Source: Candidatus Omnitrophota bacterium
GTDB taxonomy: Bacteria; Omnitrophota; Gorgyraeia; Zapsychrales; JANLHA01
Length of the DNA: 32,000 nucleotides
Assembly (NCBI GenBank): GCA_963662715.1
Contig: OY759724.1
Span: forward strand, 1,470,001 to 1,502,000
Reading direction: 5' to 3'
Shown: in pieces, positions 27,602 through 32,000 of the stretch
Numbering within the stretch: position 1 is the first letter of the stretch
Layout: each line of letters starts with the position of its first letter
Notes under the pieces: model-generated
The model's database searches: none
Told to the model about the DNA's origin: nothing
Seen by the model: the letters and a program-made list of their open reading frames with translations, nothing else
Program-made: the position numbers and the translations under genes

Positions 27602-29569
27602 ATGCGTGAACGTCGGCTAAAATCGTTAGAGGAATTCATTGCAACAAAAAATGCTTTAATTTGTCTGTATTATGGAGAAAGCAATCAAGGAAAATCAGCT
27701 TTTGTCCGAGACTTTCTTCTTGAGAAAAGAAACGTTTATCAAGTGTGTGAAATTTGTGCAAGCCATGACCAACCCAACATGGTTATTGAACATTTAAGTA
27801 GCATCTTGAATCTTTTGCTTAACAAATCAGACTTAGAAGATTTTGGTAAATATAAAAACCATGTGGATAATTTAAATTTTATAATTCTCGATATAAGAAG
27901 GCTGTTTTACCAAGGAAGCTTAAAGAAAAAGATAGTTTTTTTGATTGATAACGCAGAAACGATTTTTTCGCTTCATCATTGCTTGGGTTCTGACTCTTGG
28001 CAACAGCATGTCATGGAACAGTGGGAGGTTTTTCTCCAGAAACTGACAGAGTTAAATTGTGAAGAATTCGATGTGAGAATTGTTCTCATCGCGAATAAAG
28101 ATATTTTGGAACTTACTCGTTTAAGACCGTATTTGGTTAGAGTCGAGCATTCTAAAGAAAAAATTAGTGATGAATCGAGGAAAGTAGTAATACGTCTTCA
28201 TGAAATCCAAGAAGCCTCTGATAAAGGCGAAAAAATTAATTGTGATGATGGCGATAAAGATCGTCTTGTAAAAAGCGGAAATGCCGAAGTTGTCTTAAGA
28301 TTGACCCCTGATATAAAAGAATTTATGGCAAAGAAGAAAAACGAGTTGATCGAAAATATTAAAAATATTGCAAGTATGAAAGAACAAGAAATAACAACTG
28401 ATGATAATTTGGAATTTATACGAGGAACCTATGAATTTTTTCATTTTATACAAGTGTTAGAGAAGATGAGCTCAGAAGAAAGATACAAAAAAGTCGTTCC
28501 TGATTGTTATGATTGTCTTTGCGAAATCCTGTGTACACCGAAAACAGAGTCGCATTGTTCAGACATCGGAGATACTTTACGGCAGTACGGTTATGGCAAG
28601 CTGTTGTTGAGTATGATTTGTGGCTGTCAACAATATGTTAAGAAATCGCCGAACAACAAAAACAATCGGATGAGGTTAAAAATTTTAGAGGGAAATGTGC
28701 TTTATTATGAGAATGATTATGTTAAAGCCTTAAAGTGTTATTCTGCTGTGACGTCAAATACTAAAATGGGCTTTTTGGCTAAATACGAAATTGTTCGGAC
28801 CCTGCATCAGTTAAATGAACAACGATGGTGGGATGTTTTGTCTGAACAAGAAATAATTTCCCTGCAAGAGATACTTGAGAAATTAAACAAAAAATATAAC
28901 GGCGATTCTAATCAGGAAAAATTCTTTTTGCTTTATAATAATAAATTTGATGATTCCCAAAAAGCTGCATTACTTTTGCCGTTAATGAAGAAAATGATAA
29001 GCCAAATGAAGGAGAAATCTGATTTGAAAAATATTATTTCTCAAGAGAGGATCGATGCAGCTAAAACGATATATTTAAAGAGTGAAAACAAATTGGAAGA
29101 AATAAAAAGCGTTTGTGAAGATTTTCAATTGTTTAAGGACTACAAAAATTCTTATTGGCGAGACTATATTTTTTTTCACCAGATTGACTTGTTTTGTAAT
29201 CTTTTTGAAAAGCAACAAGAAGAAATTTTTGGTTGGTGCAAAAAAATTCGGAATAATCAAAGTAATCAAGAAAAATTATGGGAGTCTCTTTTAAAAAAGG
29301 TGAAAATCTTGATAGAAAAGACTGAAAAGGATTCACAAGCCGGGCTAGGTGATAAAATTTGGCGTGATGCTAAATATGGTGATTTGTATAGTAGGATATC
29401 CTTGATTAAATGGAAGAAAGAAGCGGAATTGGATAAGGCTGAATTGCCCCAAGTTATAAAAAAGGCTGAAGAATCCGCAGCTAAATATCGTGTTTTAGGT
29501 CATAATCAAAAAGCTGAACGGGTCCTTAATCAAATAAGTCAATTAATGCAAGTTCAAGCAACTTTGTAA
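27602..29569 (+). CDS. Second P-loop (AAA+/STAND-like) NTPase with a Lys/Glu-rich helical, TPR-like C-terminus
   Basis: Walker A GESNQGKS (aa 25-32 from ATG 27602), Walker B IVFLIDNAE and IVLIANKD. TPR-like LEGNVLYYENDYVKALKCYSAV. GAGGAGG at 27583-27589 spans the upstream stop. The alternative TTG start at 27575 would overlap ORF1 by 8 nt. Confidence 0.78.
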   Translation: MRERRLKSLEEFIATKNALICLYYGESNQGKSAFVRDFLLEKRNVYQVCEICASHDQPNMVIEHLSSILNLLLNKSDLEDFGKYKNHVDNLNFIILDIRRLFYQGSLKKKIVFLIDNAETIFSLHHCLGSDSWQQHVMEQWEVFLQKLTELNCEEFDVRIVLIANKDILELTRLRPYLVRVEHSKEKISDESRKVVIRLHEIQEASDKGEKINCDDGDKDRLVKSGNAEVVLRLTPDIKEFMAKKKNELIENIKNIASMKEQEITTDDNLEFIRGTYEFFHFIQVLEKMSSEERYKKVVPDCYDCLCEILCTPKTESHCSDIGDTLRQYGYGKLLLSMICGCQQYVKKSPNNKNNRMRLKILEGNVLYYENDYVKALKCYSAVTSNTKMGFLAKYEIVRTLHQLNEQRWWDVLSEQEIISLQEILEKLNKKYNGDSNQEKFFLLYNNKFDDSQKAALLLPLMKKMISQMKEKSDLKNIISQERIDAAKTIYLKSENKLEEIKSVCEDFQLFKDYKNSYWRDYIFFHQIDLFCNLFEKQQEEIFGWCKKIRNNQSNQEKLWESLLKKVKILIEKTEKDSQAGLGDKIWRDAKYGDLYSRISLIKWKKEAELDKAELPQVIKKAEESAAKYRVLGHNQKAERVLNQISQLMQVQATL

Positions 29570-29633
29570 AAACATTTGTTCTTTCGGTGTATTTTCCAGT
29601 TATATCTGTTTATAAAATATTCGTGAAAAATTT

Positions 29634-29661
29634 AGCAATATGTCAAAAAGAGTCAGCTGAT
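29634..29661. repeat. Copy 1 of the AGCAATATGTCAA(N5)GTCAGCTGAT motif, with a partial third copy AGCAATTGTCAG at 29671-29682
   Basis: 13-nt exact plus 9/10-nt match to 31672-31694. Confidence 0.7.
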
Positions 29662-30037
29662 AACAAGTTAAGCAATTGTCAGAAATTTAATTTGTGATAC
29701 TATAAAATTCTAGCTTACATTTATTCTGTCATTCATGGTTTATTAAATAAAATTTTTAAGAAACTGTTTAATATTTTTTTGTTTATTTTGTTTGTTTCCC
29801 CTAATATAAATCCTTCCATAGGGGCAACTGATGACTTTGCTGTTGTGACTTTATAGTTCAGTATATTAGAAAGCATATCAGACCAAGGCAGGGGAAATGT
29901 TGAATTAATTATATGCGAACGTCGAGCAAAAGATAAACAAAATTATAAAGAAGGTTTAAAAATTTTAAAAGAATGTGAGAGGTCCAGTGGCATAATATGT
30001 AAGATTAAAAAAAGTAAAAATTTTTATTATCGCGAAA

Positions 30038-30061
30038 AAACCACGGCCATGAGGCCGTGGA
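30038..30061 (+). repeat. IS200 left-end hairpin
   Basis: AAACCACGGCC-atga-GGCCGTGGA, perfect 8-bp stem. Confidence 0.8.
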
Positions 30062-30105
30062 TGAAGCGTTTCCGAGGTCTTGGTTGCGTATGATACAATG
30101 GGTGC

Positions 30106-30534
30106 ATGAGATATTTGAAGCAAGGACACACAGTTTACTATGCCAGATACCATATTGTCATTTGTACAAGATATAGGCGAAAGATATTGCGATGGGGTTC
30201 GGCGGAGTATGTCAAAAGATGCGTTTTGGGAGTGATGAGACGGTATCCTGAGATCATCATTGAAAAAGTAAATACAGATTTAGATCATATGCATCTTTTG
30301 GCATCAATTCCGCCGAAGATGGCTGTAAGTCATGCAGTAAATCTGATTAAGAGTAACACAGCAAAGCTGATGAGGCGGCGATATAAGTTTTTAGACAAGA
30401 TGTATGTGAAAAAGGCAGGGATATGGTCAGCAGGGTATTTTGTGTCAACGGTTGGAGCCGACGAAGAATCGATAAAGCGATACATCGAATATCAAGGCCG
30501 GGAAGACCGAGGACAAACGCAGATAGAATTTTAG
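30106..30534 (+). CDS. tnpA: IS200/IS605-family Y1 (HUH) transposase TnpA
   Basis: YHIVICTRYRRKIL, HUH motif LDHMHLL and a catalytic Tyr region ESIKRYIEYQ, 142 aa. Confidence 0.9.
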   Translation: MRYLKQGHTVYYARYHIVICTRYRRKILRWGSAEYVKRCVLGVMRRYPEIIIEKVNTDLDHMHLLASIPPKMAVSHAVNLIKSNTAKLMRRRYKFLDKMYVKKAGIWSAGYFVSTVGADEESIKRYIEYQGREDRGQTQIEF

Positions 30535-30562
30535 CTGCGTTTGCACAGTCAAAATAGTTAAG

Positions 30563-30586
30563 AAACCACGGCCGTGAGGCCGTGGA
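30563..30586 (+). repeat. IS200 right-end hairpin
   Basis: AAACCACGGCC-gtga-GGCCGTGGA, 23/24 identical to the left-end copy. Confidence 0.8.
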
Positions 30587-30667
30587 GTTTCATTCAACTC
30601 GTATTAGATCCCAATATTATTGTTCGCAGGCAAATTGTGTTTTTAAATAACTAAAAATGGAGGAATT

Positions 30668-31432
30668 ATGAAAATATATTTCTATCTTTCTTTAACTCCT
30701 GAATCTTTTATCGCTTCTATGCTACCGCCCATGGATTTTGGTTCTTATTTAGCCGTCGGAACACAAAAACGTGCCAGTGGCCAGGTTATATTTTTTGAGA
30801 TAGAAGAACCAACGAATGATTCAAGTTTCAACTTGGATAATATTAAGAGCCGCTGTATTAATCATTCAAACGGAGAACCAAAACATTCGGTATATGGATC
30901 ATGTTATCGTGTCCTTGAAAAAATACCTTTGAGTGACATTAAAGATCTTTATCTAGTTACTCGAGATGGAAAACCTTTGTGTCTTCAGCAAAGCGAGATA
31001 CTTCCTGAAGTTTCTCAGAATTATTATTTATATCAAGAAATTTGTCCCGTGCATCCAAGTGTTGTTAGCACTTTAAATCCTTTGGAATTCAGTAAATATC
31101 TTACTGACGGGAGTCAAAATATTTATTTTCCTAAGATTTGTTTTGTTGATTTGCACCTTGGTGAGTTGCGTGAAGACCCAAAATTTGGAGAAGTACGTAA
31201 TCTGCCATATCAAAATGTAGAACATCTGCGAGATTGTCTCATTCAGCTTAAAAATAATCCAAAGAAATCCACTACAACAGTTGATCGTATTAGTTCACAG
31301 TCATTTCCATTTCGCACTATAGAGAACGGAATTTTTCTCGGGAGCAAGGAAAATCTCCTGTTCTATCCTTTTCCATCCAAAAAAGATCTTCAGGGCAAGT
31401 ATTATGATTGGTGGCGCTCTGCCTCTATGTGA
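30668..31432 (+). CDS. Hypothetical protein, 254 aa, no recognised domain
   Basis: TGGAGGA RBS 4 nt before the ATG. A long ORF in stop-codon-rich AT-rich DNA, with soluble-looking composition (MKIYFYLSLTPESFIASMLPPMDFGSYLAVG...YYDWWRSASM). Confidence 0.7.
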   Translation: MKIYFYLSLTPESFIASMLPPMDFGSYLAVGTQKRASGQVIFFEIEEPTNDSSFNLDNIKSRCINHSNGEPKHSVYGSCYRVLEKIPLSDIKDLYLVTRDGKPLCLQQSEILPEVSQNYYLYQEICPVHPSVVSTLNPLEFSKYLTDGSQNIYFPKICFVDLHLGELREDPKFGEVRNLPYQNVEHLRDCLIQLKNNPKKSTTTVDRISSQSFPFRTIENGIFLGSKENLLFYPFPSKKDLQGKYYDWWRSASM

Positions 31433-31671
31433 GGGAGAAGAAGACAAGGGAGTATCTCCCGAAAAATAGTACCAGTTGAAAGTTGGTATTGAGTGTACTA
31501 TTCTCCCCGGTTATTAAAAAATTTTCCTTTCAGAATATTCAAAAACACACCCTAATTCAAGGACATATCTCTTTTACCCTACTTTTTGTGACGCTAAATG
31601 TTATTTAAAAATTTTTAAGGACAAATTAGGTTGCTTTGAAAAATTTTTTTGCATGCATAACAAAAAGTGTC

Positions 31672-31694
31672 AGCAATATGTCAAGTCAGCCGAT
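31672..31694. repeat. Copy 2 of the AGCAATATGTCAA-GTCAGCCGAT motif
   Basis: Matches copy 1 at 29634-29661 and contains TGTCA pentamers 11 nt apart (31668 and 31679). Confidence 0.7.
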
Positions 31695-31968
31695 TGTAAT
31701 ATTTCGTAAATAATGGATAATACAACCATGCTTTGAAAATAATAGCGTAATCAAGATCTGTTTTGATGGAGGAAATATTTTTTGTGTTTTCGCATGAATT
31801 TTTTAAGGTTTAGGCAAATGACCTATCTATTTTCTTGTTTTGTTCAATAAAAATTGACTTTTAAGACGTATTTTTGCAAAATTTCATCAAATTACTTTAC
31901 CAGCTTTATTTCTTTGAGTTGTTTTAAATATTAAATAAATTACCTAATTACAACAGGGGAGTCATGGA

Positions 31969-32000
31969 ATGATGAAGAAAAGGCCGTTTTTTTATGCAAC
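31969..32000 (+). CDS. Start of an unidentified gene (MMKKRPFFYA...), truncated by the window end
   Basis: GGGGAG lies 7 nt upstream of ATG 31969, and the frame is open to the window end. Only 10 codons are visible. Confidence 0.3.
   Translation, partial: MMKKRPFFYA

Larger units (their letters stand above)
30038..30586 (+). mobile_element. IS200-type (IS200/IS605 family) insertion sequence; minimum extent, hairpin to hairpin
   Basis: A single Y1 HUH transposase gene is flanked by near-identical subterminal hairpins in direct orientation. The exact ends could not be determined. Confidence 0.8.

Noticed and set aside
29570-30037. CRISPR-like or tandem repeats in the AT-rich spacers (for example, AAAATTTTTAAG shared by about 29750 and about 31608)
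   Set aside because: These are short low-complexity A/T words expected by chance in AT-rich DNA. No regular repeat-spacer periodicity is present.
29965-30153. 62-aa minus-strand ORF spanning the IS200 left end
   Set aside because: It overlaps the left-end hairpin and the tnpA start, has no RBS and is low-complexity. It is most likely spurious.
30038-30586. Interpreting the TnpA as a REP-associated tyrosine transposase (RAYT) with flanking REPs
   Set aside because: The two hairpins are in direct, not inverted, orientation. Only these two copies occur in 32 kb, and the protein has the IS200-type YHIV..YRRKIL N-terminus.
24011-32000. Direct repeat of the tRNA-Asp 3' end marking an integrase-type att site
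   Set aside because: No copy of the tRNA 3' segment (GAGTTCAAATCTCGTCGGGCCCGCCA) or of a substantial part of it was seen downstream in the window, and no integrase gene is present. The island borders therefore remain undefined.

Overview
The window has two parts. Nt 1 to about 24500 is a moderate-GC bacterial core region with every gene on the + strand. It carries trmB (5' partial), a DD-carboxypeptidase, a DsbA-like oxidoreductase, a divergent rpmA and glmS. rsmI follows, then a PyrR-attenuated pyrR-pyrB-pyrC block and tRNA-Arg(CCG). Next come a LOG/TIGR00725-like protein, a TMTC-like membrane-TPR protein, mutM and an ICMT-family methyltransferase. The core part ends with pyrK, a half-size TauE-like gene, pyrD-pyrF, a seven-gene Bacteroidetes/Chlamydia-type V-ATPase operon (E, DUF2764, A, B, D, I, K) and tRNA-Val(UAC) plus tRNA-Asp(GUC) with a strong bidirectional terminator. 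After the tRNAs lies a roughly 300-nt hairpin-dense non-coding stretch with three GCGAAGC mini-hairpins. From about nt 24540 to the window end the sequence turns visibly AT-rich (judged by eye, not computed). This accessory island carries two adjacent giant P-loop/AAA+-type NTPases with long helical, TPR-like C-termini and no effector domain I can recognise. It also holds a minimal IS200-type element (Y1 HUH TnpA with near-identical flanking hairpins), an orphan 254-aa protein, and a repeated AGCAATATGTCAA...GTCAGCNGAT motif. The NTPase pair and its neighbours are the best candidate for an undescribed, possibly defence-type, system. All functional calls rest on motifs read from the translations. 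No database search, folding or statistics could be run.
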